From Candidatus Margulisiibacteriota bacterium (GTDB taxonomy: Bacteria > Margulisbacteria > Termititenacia > Termititenacales > Termititenacaceae): DNA of 48,596 bases. The notes under the pieces are model-generated. The model was not told the origin of the DNA, searched no databases, and saw nothing but the letters and a program-made list of their open reading frames with translations. The stretch lies in contig JAITIS010000096.1 of the NCBI GenBank assembly GCA_031279305.1, positions 1 through 48,596 on the forward strand, in the 5' to 3' direction. A program made the translations under genes and the position numbers. Of this stretch, positions 1 to 14,851 are shown in pieces (the stretch's first letter is position 1; every line of letters starts with the position of its first letter).

Positions 1-4
1 TGTT

Positions 5-6160
<6,156 letters not shown>

Positions 6161-6161
<1 letters not shown>

Positions 6162-6640
6162 TATTTTCTGCCGCGCGCCAGAGCTATTTTGCCCGTGCGC
6201 ACCACGGCCAACAGTCCGTATTTTTCCAGCAGGGTTTCCAGACCGTTGAGTTTCTCGGTGTCGCCGGTCACTTCGACAACCATACTCTCCTCGGCAATAT
6301 CGATAACTTTGGCGCGAAAAGTGTGCGCCAAGGTGCATATCTCCTTGCGGGTTTTGGCCGTGGCGTGAATCTTAAACATCGCCATCTCCCGGCTGAGGCA
6401 CTCGCCCTGCGAGAGATCGAGAACTTTTTTCACATCGGGCAGTTTATTGAGCTGTTTGCTGATCTGCTCCACAATGTCATCGTTGCCGTGCACGACCAGC
6501 GTGATGCGGGACACATCTTTGGTTTCGGTCGGCCCCACCGCCAGCGAGTCGATATTGTAGGCGCGCCGGCTGAAAAGCCCGGCCACTCTGGCCAGCACGC
6601 CGGGCTTATTGTCCACAATGACCGCAATAATGTGTTTCAT
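6161..6640 (-). CDS. ilvN: Acetolactate synthase small (regulatory, ACT-domain) subunit
   Basis: MKHIIAVIVDNKPGVLARVAGLFSRRAYNIDSLAV is the classic IlvH/IlvN ACT-domain N-terminus. The gene lies 12 nt downstream of ilvB. Confidence 0.93.
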
Positions 6641-6652
6641 TTTAGGCCTCTC

Positions 6653-8323
6653 TTAAAAAAGCATTTTGTTCAAAACGCCGCCGGCCGGCACCATCGGGTA
6701 CACGTTTTCGTCCCGCTTCACCAGCGCATTGATCAACACCGGCCCCTTAAAGGCCAACGCAGCCTTAAGCTGTTTGGCAAAAAGCTGGGGATCTTTAAGC
6801 TCCACGCCTTTGATGCCGTAAGCCTCCGCCAGTTTTAGAAAATCCGGCTGGCGTCCCCGCAGATCCGTGTGCGAATAATGCCCTTGATAAAACAGCTGCT
6901 GCCACTGGCGCACCAAGCCCAGCCATTGATTATTTAGAATGATAATTTTAACCGGCAGTTTTTCGGAGGCGATAGTGCCCAGTTCTTGAATATTCATCTG
7001 AATGCCGCCGTCGCCAGCCAGACAAATGATGCGTTCTTTAGGCCGCGCCGCCGCCGCGCCCATAGCCGCCGGCAGGGCAAAGCCCATCGTGCCCAAGCCG
7101 CAGGAGGACAGGAAACGCCGGGGCGCGGTGATCCGCAGATACTGCGCCGCAAACATCTGATGCGTGCCGACATCCGCGACGTACACCGCGTCGCCGCCGG
7201 TCAGATCGTTTAGGGCTTCCAAGAGCTGCTGGGGCTTGATGACCCGGCTGTCTTTTTGGTAGCGCAAAGGATATTTCTGCCGCCACGCGGCGATCTGCTG
7301 GAGCCATTCCGTGCGGCGTTCAAAATGTTCTTTTTTTAAGCGCGCCAGCAGTTCTCGCAGTATCTCTTTGGCGTCGCCAATGATTGGCACATCCGCCGGC
7401 ACGCATTTATTGATCTCCGCCGGATCGATATCTGCGTGAATGATTTTAGCCTGTTTGGCGAAATGCTCTGGATCGCCGGTAATGCGGTCGTCAAAACGCA
7501 TACCGACGGCAAAAATCACGTCCGCCGCGCAAATCGCGTAATTCGCCACGGCGGTGCCGTGCATTCCGGGCATACCCAAAAAATACTCGTCCGGCGGAGC
7601 CGCGCCTAAGCCCAGCATAGTGGAAGCCACCGGTATTTTGGTCAGCTTCACCAGTTCCGCCAGCTCTGGACAGGCCCCGGACGTAATTACGCCGCCGCCG
7701 GAAATGATCAGCGGACGCGCGGCATTTTTTAATAACTCCGCCGCCTGCTTGATCTGGCGCGGATTGCCTTTGATGGTCGGCTTGTAATTAGGCAGTTCGA
7801 TTTTCTCCGGATACTTAAACTCCGTGCTTTGCCGGCAGACATCCGAAGGCATATCAACCAGCACTGGACCGGGGCGCCCGGCGCCGGCCAGATAAAAGGC
7901 TTCTTTGATAGTGGGCGCGATATCCTCGGCCCGCCGCACCAGATAATTGTGCTTGGTGATGGGCATCGTAATGCCGGTCATATCCGCTTCTTGAAAAGCG
8001 TCCTTGCCGATCTGGCCGACGCTCACCTGTCCGGTGATTGCCACTAACGGCACGGAATCCATATAAGCCGTGGCAATCGCCGTGACTAGATTAGTCGCGC
8101 CGGGCCCGGAAGTAGTCAGGCACACCCCGGTCTTGCCTGTCGCGCGCGCGTAGCCGTCCGCCGCGTGACCCGCGCCCTGTTCGTGGCGCACCAGAATATG
8201 CCGAAGTCTCTTTTCCGCGTAAAGCGCGTCATAAATCTCCAGCGCCCGGCCGCCGGGATAACCGAAGATAACCTCCACGCCCTCTTTGACCAGCGCCTCG
8301 ATCAGTATTTCCGAACCTTTCAT
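6653..8323 (-). CDS. ilvB: Acetolactate synthase large subunit (ThDP-dependent)
   Basis: The protein is 556 aa. Motifs present include EALVKEGVEVIFGYPGG, HEQGAGHAADGYARATGK and the ThDP-binding GLGTMGFALPAAMGA..GDGG.QMN.QEL. Confidence 0.95.
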   Translation of the reverse strand: MKGSEILIEALVKEGVEVIFGYPGGRALEIYDALYAEKRLRHILVRHEQGAGHAADGYARATGKTGVCLTTSGPGATNLVTAIATAYMDSVPLVAITGQVSVGQIGKDAFQEADMTGITMPITKHNYLVRRAEDIAPTIKEAFYLAGAGRPGPVLVDMPSDVCRQSTEFKYPEKIELPNYKPTIKGNPRQIKQAAELLKNAARPLIISGGGVITSGACPELAELVKLTKIPVASTMLGLGAAPPDEYFLGMPGMHGTAVANYAICAADVIFAVGMRFDDRITGDPEHFAKQAKIIHADIDPAEINKCVPADVPIIGDAKEILRELLARLKKEHFERRTEWLQQIAAWRQKYPLRYQKDSRVIKPQQLLEALNDLTGGDAVYVADVGTHQMFAAQYLRITAPRRFLSSCGLGTMGFALPAAMGAAAARPKERIICLAGDGGIQMNIQELGTIASEKLPVKIIILNNQWLGLVRQWQQLFYQGHYSHTDLRGRQPDFLKLAEAYGIKGVELKDPQLFAKQLKAALAFKGPVLINALVKRDENVYPMVPAGGVLNKMLF

Positions 8324-8480
8324 CCCAATGCCTTTCTAAAATCTTACGGCAATATATCCGCGGAGCAAATTTATTCCGCAAAAAATTATAACTGGAAATT
8401 ATAGCATATTTTTAGCAAAACTGGGTATTTATATGCCACGCCGCCAGAACCGCGGAAATAAAAAATAAGGAGCAAGTTAA

Positions 8481-8801
8481 ATGTCCAAAGCACTGGAGAT
8501 ACTGAATTTTTTGGAAAACACACCGGAGGAGGAAAAAATATATCAGGTCAAAAATAATTACCAGCTGTCCTCGGAGCGCAACGCGCGGGCTATTCTGCAT
8601 ATACTGGAAAACAGCCAAGATGCGGCAAAATACCCGGCCAAGATAGAAAAAACCATTAAGAAGCTGGAGGACAAACTGGACAAAGAGCGCCGCCGCCTGC
8701 AAAAGAAAAGCGAGAGTTTCGCATTCAACGGCTTTATCGACAAAGCCAAAATAAACGAGCTGGCCAGCGACATCCTAGAACTGAAAAAGCTGCTGGGGTA
8801 A
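8481..8801 (+). CDS. Hypothetical 106-aa charged/coiled-coil protein
   Basis: AAGGAG lies 7 nt upstream of the ATG. The gene sits in an AT-rich island and no family was recognised. Its 3' end overlaps the convergent ORF6N-like reading frame by 68 nt, so one of the two may be shorter or non-coding. Confidence 0.4.
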   Translation: MSKALEILNFLENTPEEEKIYQVKNNYQLSSERNARAILHILENSQDAAKYPAKIEKTIKKLEDKLDKERRRLQKKSESFAFNGFIDKAKINELASDILELKKLLG

Positions 8802-9323
8802 GGTTTAAGTTTTTTTTCTGCCGCGCGCTGTGTTTGATTTTCAAGACAGCCAAATTTATTTCTATGCTTGTTTCCGTGCCTGAGACTTGCGGATTGTCGG
8901 ATAAAATATCCGAAATTATCGCGCCGCTTTTTTGCATCAAGGATTTTTGTTTGGCTCTATTCGTTGTTCCCGGCAGAGCGGTCAACGTTCTGGACAATTC
9001 TCGGATTTTAGCAAAAGTTTCCACAATTGCTCTTGTAGTTTGAGTGGCGACTGGACTTTTTAATATCGTGGCCAGCATATATAAACCTTTTTCCGTAAAG
9101 GCTTTGGGGATACGGCGGGATGTTTCAGCTGGTCAAAATTTTTCACAATTCTTTTATTTTTACTCGCGCTGAACCGGTCGAAAATTTCGACCAGTTCCGA
9201 ATTCTCAGCCAAGGTAATTATTTTTCTTTCTATATCCTTTCCCTTAAATATTTGTATATTGGGTCTTGTTTCTCCTTTCATATCCGGTGTTTCTTGCTTA
9301 TGCCATATTCCTGAAAAACGCAT
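8734..9323 (-). pseudogene. ORF6N-like (KilA-N-type DNA-binding) gene split over two reading frames
   Basis: The downstream frame reads SRRIPKAFTEKGLYMLATILKSPVATQTTRAIVETFAKIRE. This matches the conserved ORF6N core (RR.LPYAFTEqGvaMLssVL.S..A..vn..ImraFv.LRe). That frame opens only after a TGA near 9130, while the N-terminal 87 aa (MKGETRPNIQIF...) is in another frame that ends at 9060. Confidence 0.45.
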
Positions 9324-9359
9324 TTTTTATGCCAGTTGGCATTTTCTGGATTTTTATCG

Positions 9360-9368
9360 TGTTATGAT
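9360..9368 (+). promoter_or_regulatory. Extended -10 element immediately upstream of asnB
   Basis: TGtTATGAT ends 6 nt before the ATG, and no SD is present. Confidence 0.35.
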
Positions 9369-9374
9369 TAGCCT

Positions 9375-11243
9375 ATGTGCGGCATAGCGGGAAAAATAAG
9401 CCTCAGGGAAATAACCGCGGAACAGCTCCGGGCAATGACGGACACGCTGATCCATCGCGGCCCGGACGCCGAAGGCCTAAAAATAATCCAACGCAACGGC
9501 CGCTGGATCGGCTTAGGCCACCGCCGCTTGAAAATCATTGACTTGTCCGACGGCGCCAATCAGCCGTTTCAATCGCCGGATGAAAATCTAACTCTAGTTT
9601 TTAACGGCGAAATTTACAATTTCCGGGAACTCCAGCGAAAATATTTTACCGGCGAAAACTTCCGGACGCATTCCGATACAGAAGTGATCCTAAAAATGCA
9701 CGAAAAATTTGGCGCGGACTGCGTCAAACATTTTCGCGGCCAGTTTGCTTTGGCTATTTACGACAAAGAAAAAGATTTGCTGTTCCTCGCGCGCGATCAG
9801 CTGGGCAAAAAACCGCTGTATTATTATTTCAACGGCGCTGTTTTGGTTTTCGCCTCGCGCGTCGACGCCCTGCTCACCCAGCCAGAAGTCCAGACACAAA
9901 TCGACTTTGCCCTGCTCGATGATTTTTTGGCTTTCAATTACATACCGGCGGATGTCTCCGCGTTTAAGAATATTTACAAGCTGCCCGCCGGACACACGCT
10001 TAGTTTCGGCAAAGGACAGGCGCGCCTGCATAAATACTGGGATCTGGATTTCAGACAAAAAATAAATATTTCTTTTCCTGACGCACTCCTAAAAACCGCA
10101 GAAATTTTGCGCGAGGCCGTAAATTTGCGCCTCATCGCCGATGTGCCGCTGGGCGCGCATCTAAGCGGCGGACTGGACAGCTCGCTCATCACGGCTTTGC
10201 TGGCTGAACAGGGAGCGGTTAAGACTTTTTCCATCGGCTTCAGCCAAAAAGATTTCAGTGAATTAAGCCACGCCCGTTTAGTCGCGGACTATCTGGGCAC
10301 GGAGCATCAAGAGTTCATTGTCACGCCGGACGCCATAGCCATAATGCCGGAATTGATCGACAGCTATGACGAACCCAACGCCGATCCCTCGCAAATACCG
10401 ATGTATTATTTGTGCCGGCTCACCAGACAAAAAGTCACGGTCGCGCTGGGCGGCGACGGTGGCGATGAATGTTTCGGCGGCTACGAGCGTTACGCCGGCA
10501 TGCTCTATCAGCACTATTTCCGCCAAATACCCCGCGGCTGGCGGCAGATTTTGTATAGCGCCATAAAAAATCTGCCGGAAACTGAAGCGCGCCGTTCTTT
10601 TCTGCGCCGCTTGAAATGGCTGTGCAAGGTGTCTCTGAGCAGCGAGGCCGAGAGTTACTGGCAAGCCAATTTATCTTTTGACGACACGCTCAAAAACAAA
10701 CTTTATACGGACAAAATGCCGCGCGGCGCCGGCGGCCAAATATTTAGCAAAACTTTTAGCGGGGCTCCGGCGGACAATCTTGTCGATCGGATGCTCTATC
10801 ACGATACCAAGCTGTATCTCAACTACGACCTGCTGGTCAAAGCCGACCGTTCGGCGATGCGGCACTCGCTGGAAGGCCGCGCGCCGTTTCTGGATGTGCG
10901 GCTGATTGAGTTCGCGGCCAGTCTGCCGGCTAAATACAAGATACATAATTTCCAGCTCAAATATCTGCTAAAAAAAATAGCCGCAAAATATCTGCCGCGG
11001 GAAATCATTTACAGGAAAAAGCAGGGTTTCGGCGTGCCGCTCAACAGCTGGTTTAGGAATGAACTAAAACAATACACGGAAGAATTATTCAGCAATTCTC
11101 TGCTGGCCGCCTCCGGTTATTTTCAGAAAAACAGCCTGCTGGATTTATTGTCCGCCCATCAGCGCGGCGTCAATCACGGGCGGAGATTATTCACGCTGGC
11201 GGTTTTAGAAAATTGGCTGAGGAAATACCAAGGCTATATCTAA
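9375..11243 (+). CDS. asnB: Asparagine synthase (glutamine-hydrolysing)
   Basis: The N-terminal nucleophile MCGIAG and GHRRLKIIDLS..NQP identify the class-II amidotransferase domain. The synthetase motif is SGGLDSS. Confidence 0.92.
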   Translation: MCGIAGKISLREITAEQLRAMTDTLIHRGPDAEGLKIIQRNGRWIGLGHRRLKIIDLSDGANQPFQSPDENLTLVFNGEIYNFRELQRKYFTGENFRTHSDTEVILKMHEKFGADCVKHFRGQFALAIYDKEKDLLFLARDQLGKKPLYYYFNGAVLVFASRVDALLTQPEVQTQIDFALLDDFLAFNYIPADVSAFKNIYKLPAGHTLSFGKGQARLHKYWDLDFRQKINISFPDALLKTAEILREAVNLRLIADVPLGAHLSGGLDSSLITALLAEQGAVKTFSIGFSQKDFSELSHARLVADYLGTEHQEFIVTPDAIAIMPELIDSYDEPNADPSQIPMYYLCRLTRQKVTVALGGDGGDECFGGYERYAGMLYQHYFRQIPRGWRQILYSAIKNLPETEARRSFLRRLKWLCKVSLSSEAESYWQANLSFDDTLKNKLYTDKMPRGAGGQIFSKTFSGAPADNLVDRMLYHDTKLYLNYDLLVKADRSAMRHSLEGRAPFLDVRLIEFAASLPAKYKIHNFQLKYLLKKIAAKYLPREIIYRKKQGFGVPLNSWFRNELKQYTEELFSNSLLAASGYFQKNSLLDLLSAHQRGVNHGRRLFTLAVLENWLRKYQGYI

Positions 11244-11446
11244 TATTGGCCGCCGCCACAAAACTTAATCAACTCCAATTTGTCATTTTCCTGAAGCCGG
11301 ATTTTTGCCCAGTCCTCCTGCCGCAGGATAACCCCGTTAAGCTCCGCGACCAGCGCGGTCTTTTCTAAATCCAGTTCCGCGACCAGCGCCTGCACAGTCA
11401 AATTTTCCGCAATTTCTTTTTTTTGTCCATTGAGCGTTATTTGCAC
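11240..11446 (-). CDS. thiS: ThiS/MoaD-family ubiquitin-like sulfur-carrier protein with a 2-aa extension after the Gly-Gly
   Basis: The 68-aa sequence MQITLNGQ...LELIKFCGGGQY resembles ThiS. The GTG start lies 4 nt after AGGAGG and sits inside the last codons of mnmA, giving a 10-nt overlap. Confidence 0.75.
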   Translation of the reverse strand: MQITLNGQKKEIAENLTVQALVAELDLEKTALVAELNGVILRQEDWAKIRLQENDKLELIKFCGGGQY

Positions 11447-12507
11447 AAGGCCTCCTGTATCACGCCGCCGCCGGCCACATAATCATCCTGATACACCACC
11501 ACGGACTGGCCTCTGGCTATGGACTTCTGCGGACTGGCAAAACGCACCTCTATTTTATTTTCCGCCAGAGGAATAATCTCCGCCGGAAATTCTTGCTGCG
11601 CCGAGCGGACTTTGACCAGCGCGGACATTTTCTGCGGCTGCGCGGAAATCAGCCAGTTCAAATCATTGGCCAAAAGCCCAGAGCAGAGCGTTTCTTCCGC
11701 GCAGCCGACAATCACTTCATTGCGGCAGGCATTTAAGTCCAGCACATACAGCGGGCGTTTGGCCGCGACGCCGAGGCCTTTGCGCTGGCCGATAGTGTAA
11801 TGCCAGTAGCCGTTATGCGTTCCCCAAATTTTGCCGCGCGTATCGACGATATTTCCGGTTCTATCCGGAGCGCCGATAAGGTCGCTGTAGTCGCCGCTGT
11901 AAAAATCCTGACTGTCCGGTTTGGCGCTGACCGGCAGATTATTTTTTTTAGCGACGCCGCGCGCCTCTTCTTTGGTCAGGCCGCCCAGCGGAAAAATTAT
12001 CCGCTCCAGCTGCTCCTGCCGCAGTCTGTACAGAAAATAGGTCTGATCTTTACGCTTATCCGCGGCTTTGCGCAAAACATAACGGCCGCCGCGTTTTTCT
12101 ATATTCGCGTAATGCCCCGTGGCAAATTTCTCAAACTCCACACCGCTTTGCCCGGCCAGCTCAAGCAGCGCGCCGAATTTCACCTGACTGTTACAAAACA
12201 CGCAAGGGTTGGGGGTGCGCCCGGCCAGATATTCCTGACGAAAATAATCCAGCACGATTTTTTGATACTGCGCGGAACAGTCCAAAACCCGGTAAGGAAT
12301 TGCCAAGAGTTCCGCCACCGCGCGCGCCTGCTCAATATCCTGTTTTTCACCGGGGCCAAAACAAGCGTCCCCGTTACCAGCCCGATAAGCGGGCTGGTCC
12401 TGCCAAACAGACATTGTGAGGCCGGCCACTTCATGCCCGGCCTGTTTTAGCAGCAAAGCCGCCACCGCCGAATCCACGCCTCCGCTTAAACCCACCGCTA
12501 TTTTCAT
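11437..12507 (-). CDS. mnmA: tRNA-specific 2-thiouridylase (s2U34)
   Basis: The PP-loop MKIAVGLSGGVDSAV, the motif NPCVFCN and the catalytic region ..ATGHYA.. are all present. The start was trimmed from the TTG at 12525 to the ATG at 12507. Confidence 0.92.
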   Translation of the reverse strand: MKIAVGLSGGVDSAVAALLLKQAGHEVAGLTMSVWQDQPAYRAGNGDACFGPGEKQDIEQARAVAELLAIPYRVLDCSAQYQKIVLDYFRQEYLAGRTPNPCVFCNSQVKFGALLELAGQSGVEFEKFATGHYANIEKRGGRYVLRKAADKRKDQTYFLYRLRQEQLERIIFPLGGLTKEEARGVAKKNNLPVSAKPDSQDFYSGDYSDLIGAPDRTGNIVDTRGKIWGTHNGYWHYTIGQRKGLGVAAKRPLYVLDLNACRNEVIVGCAEETLCSGLLANDLNWLISAQPQKMSALVKVRSAQQEFPAEIIPLAENKIEVRFASPQKSIARGQSVVVYQDDYVAGGGVIQEALCK

Positions 12508-12558
12508 ACAAAGAAATTTAAGCAAGATTAGCCCGCTTTGTCTAACCGCGCTTATACG

Positions 12559-12588
12559 GCGGGGAGCAAATACTCCCCGCTTTTCTTT
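12559..12588 (+). terminator. Canonical-looking intrinsic terminator hairpin, oriented on the + strand
   Basis: The stem is GCGGGGAG-caaata-CTCCCCGC, followed by TTTTCTTT. It lies between the minus-strand SDR and mnmA genes. Confidence 0.4.
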
Positions 12589-12595
12589 GTAAGAA

Positions 12596-13390
12596 CTAAG
12601 CCGCGCCGACGCTTACCGTTTCCGGCAGGGTGCTCCCGCCGTCGATGACAAACTGCGCGCCGGTTAAATAGTTTGCGCCCGGCGAGGCCAAAAAAGCCGC
12701 CAGCTGGCCGACTTCCTCAGGATCGGCCAGACGTTTGAGCGGAACCGCGGCGGCTATGCCCTGAATGACCGCGTCAGGATTATCCGGATTGGATTGTTTG
12801 GCAATGCTCTGCGCCATAGGGGTCAACACATAACCCGGACAGATCGCGTTGACATTGATCTTGTGCGGAGCGACTTCCACCGCCAGCGCTTTGGTAAAGC
12901 CGATCAACGCGGCTTTGGTCGTGGCATAGGCCACTTCACCCGGATCGGCCACCAGATCTCCGGTCACGGAAGACATAATAATTATTTTACCATTTTGAGA
13001 TTTTTTCAAATACGGCAGCGCGGCTTTGGTTGCATCCCAGACGCCTTTGACATTCACGGCAAAGTGAAGATCCCGGTCTGCTGCGCTCATATTTTCAAAG
13101 GCGCCCAGCCGGCAGACTCCGGCATTATTGACCAGTATATCCAAGCCGCCGTAAGTTTTGACTGTCCGCTCCACCCCATTTTGAATGCTGGCTGGATCGG
13201 TCACATCCACCGTGAGCGCGAGCGCTTCCGCGCCCGACCGGCGCAGATCCGCGGCCAGCGCGGCGGTCTGTTCCGAACGGGCGGCTAAGGCCAGCCTAGC
13301 GCCTTCCTGCGCAAACACTTTAGCTATGCCGCTGCCGATGCCCATCGAGGCACCCGTAATTAAAGCAACCTTACCAACCAGCATTCCCAT
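12596..13390 (-). CDS. Short-chain dehydrogenase/reductase (SDR) family oxidoreductase
   Basis: The Rossmann motif is GKVALITGASMGIGSG. NNAG and the catalytic Y..TK (YATTKAAL) are also present. GGAGG precedes the ATG. Confidence 0.9.
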   Translation of the reverse strand: MGMLVGKVALITGASMGIGSGIAKVFAQEGARLALAARSEQTAALAADLRRSGAEALALTVDVTDPASIQNGVERTVKTYGGLDILVNNAGVCRLGAFENMSAADRDLHFAVNVKGVWDATKAALPYLKKSQNGKIIIMSSVTGDLVADPGEVAYATTKAALIGFTKALAVEVAPHKINVNAICPGYVLTPMAQSIAKQSNPDNPDAVIQGIAAAVPLKRLADPEEVGQLAAFLASPGANYLTGAQFVIDGGSTLPETVSVGAA

Positions 13391-13399
13391 AAACGCCTC

Positions 13400-14812
13400 C
13401 TAGTATTCTTTATCGCCATCCGGCGTTTTCATCCAGACGCTTTCCGTGCGCCATTTGAAAAGCACCATATAACCCCAGAGCAACAAGCCCACGCCCATAT
13501 AACCGACAAAGCCCACCCAAGTGCGCGGCGTGATGCCGATGGTGCAGAAGAAAGCGATCACCACCGACACAATCAAGGAAATCCAGCGCATCGCCCCGCC
13601 CCAAGGCAGAACAAAAGGCCGCGGCCAGCCCGGATGTTTTTTGGCTAGAATCATCGAAGAAATTGTGCTAATGGCGTAGCACAAAGCGCAGGCAAAAGCC
13701 ATCAGGTCAAAAAAAGCGCGGATATTCTGCATTAAGATAAACAGAATGCTGATCCCTAAAATCAGAATATTCGGCAGTATGGGCTGATCGTGCTTATTGG
13801 TGTACGAAAAAATTTTGGGCAGAAAATTTTGCCGACCCATAGCGTAGATCATCCGCACGCCGGAATACCAGAAACCCAGCACGCTGGTAGCGATGGGCAG
13901 CAGCACGCCAACCACGCCCAAAAGCAGGCCGTACCAGCCCCACGGATAAATCTCCAAAAACGCTTTGATCGAAACAAACGGCGAGCAGTCCCCGTTGTTG
14001 GTCAGCTTCGCCCAGGGCATTACGCCGGCCACCGCAAAATAAAATATAGCGTAAATCACTCCGCAGGTAATAACCGAACCTAGAATAGCTTTTTTCTGAT
14101 CGTGAATCGGGAAAGTTCCTTCCTCGACCAGCGCGGGCACGGTCTCAAAACCAAAGTACGGCGTGATCAAAAAAGCCGCACCAATAGCCCAGCCCACCCA
14201 CTGCGCCTTGCCGGTGCCGGGTCCGCCCAGAGCGGTGGAAAAGAAACCGGAGAAATTCGCCAGCGACCAATGGCCAGAAAAGAATAACAACAGGGCGGTC
14301 AGGCACACACCGCCGATCGCGCAGAATAGCATATAGGTCTGCACTTTGCCGGCGATCACGTTGTGCAGCATCGACAGGACAAACCAGAACAGCAGAGAAA
14401 CCACCCCGACGGCCAGCATTACCGCATCAGACCAGCCCAGATTAAATTGAAAATTGAGCCAGTCGATAATGCCCAGTGTGCCGGCGGCTGGCACTGCGAT
14501 CCAGGCGCACATAATGAGCCAGCTAGACCAAAAACCAAAATGCTTGTTGATCCCGATTGTGTTGAACACCAGAGAGGAGCCCGCGCTGGGCAGCATAGTG
14601 GAGAGCTCCGCGTACACATAAGCGATAGGCAGGCAGGCCAGCGTCATCAGGATGTACGCCAAAAAAGTAGCCGGACCGCAGTAAGATAGAAAAATCCCGT
14701 CCCAGTAGCACATAAACGTAAAAATCGCGCCAGTGGCCAGCGCGTACACATACAATAAACTAAGCGAACGGCGCAGGGCGTTTTTACCTCCCCCTACAAT
14801 AGTCTTTGCCAT
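13400..14812 (-). CDS. APC-superfamily amino acid/amine permease
   Basis: The protein is 470 aa with about 12 hydrophobic segments, and its length and layout are typical of the APC family. GGAGG lies upstream of the ATG. Substrate is unknown. Confidence 0.8.
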   Translation of the reverse strand: MAKTIVGGGKNALRRSLSLLYVYALATGAIFTFMCYWDGIFLSYCGPATFLAYILMTLACLPIAYVYAELSTMLPSAGSSLVFNTIGINKHFGFWSSWLIMCAWIAVPAAGTLGIIDWLNFQFNLGWSDAVMLAVGVVSLLFWFVLSMLHNVIAGKVQTYMLFCAIGGVCLTALLLFFSGHWSLANFSGFFSTALGGPGTGKAQWVGWAIGAAFLITPYFGFETVPALVEEGTFPIHDQKKAILGSVITCGVIYAIFYFAVAGVMPWAKLTNNGDCSPFVSIKAFLEIYPWGWYGLLLGVVGVLLPIATSVLGFWYSGVRMIYAMGRQNFLPKIFSYTNKHDQPILPNILILGISILFILMQNIRAFFDLMAFACALCYAISTISSMILAKKHPGWPRPFVLPWGGAMRWISLIVSVVIAFFCTIGITPRTWVGFVGYMGVGLLLWGYMVLFKWRTESVWMKTPDGDKEY

Positions 14813-14851
14813 TTCTATTTACCTCCTATTAAAAATATTTTGCCCTGCAAC

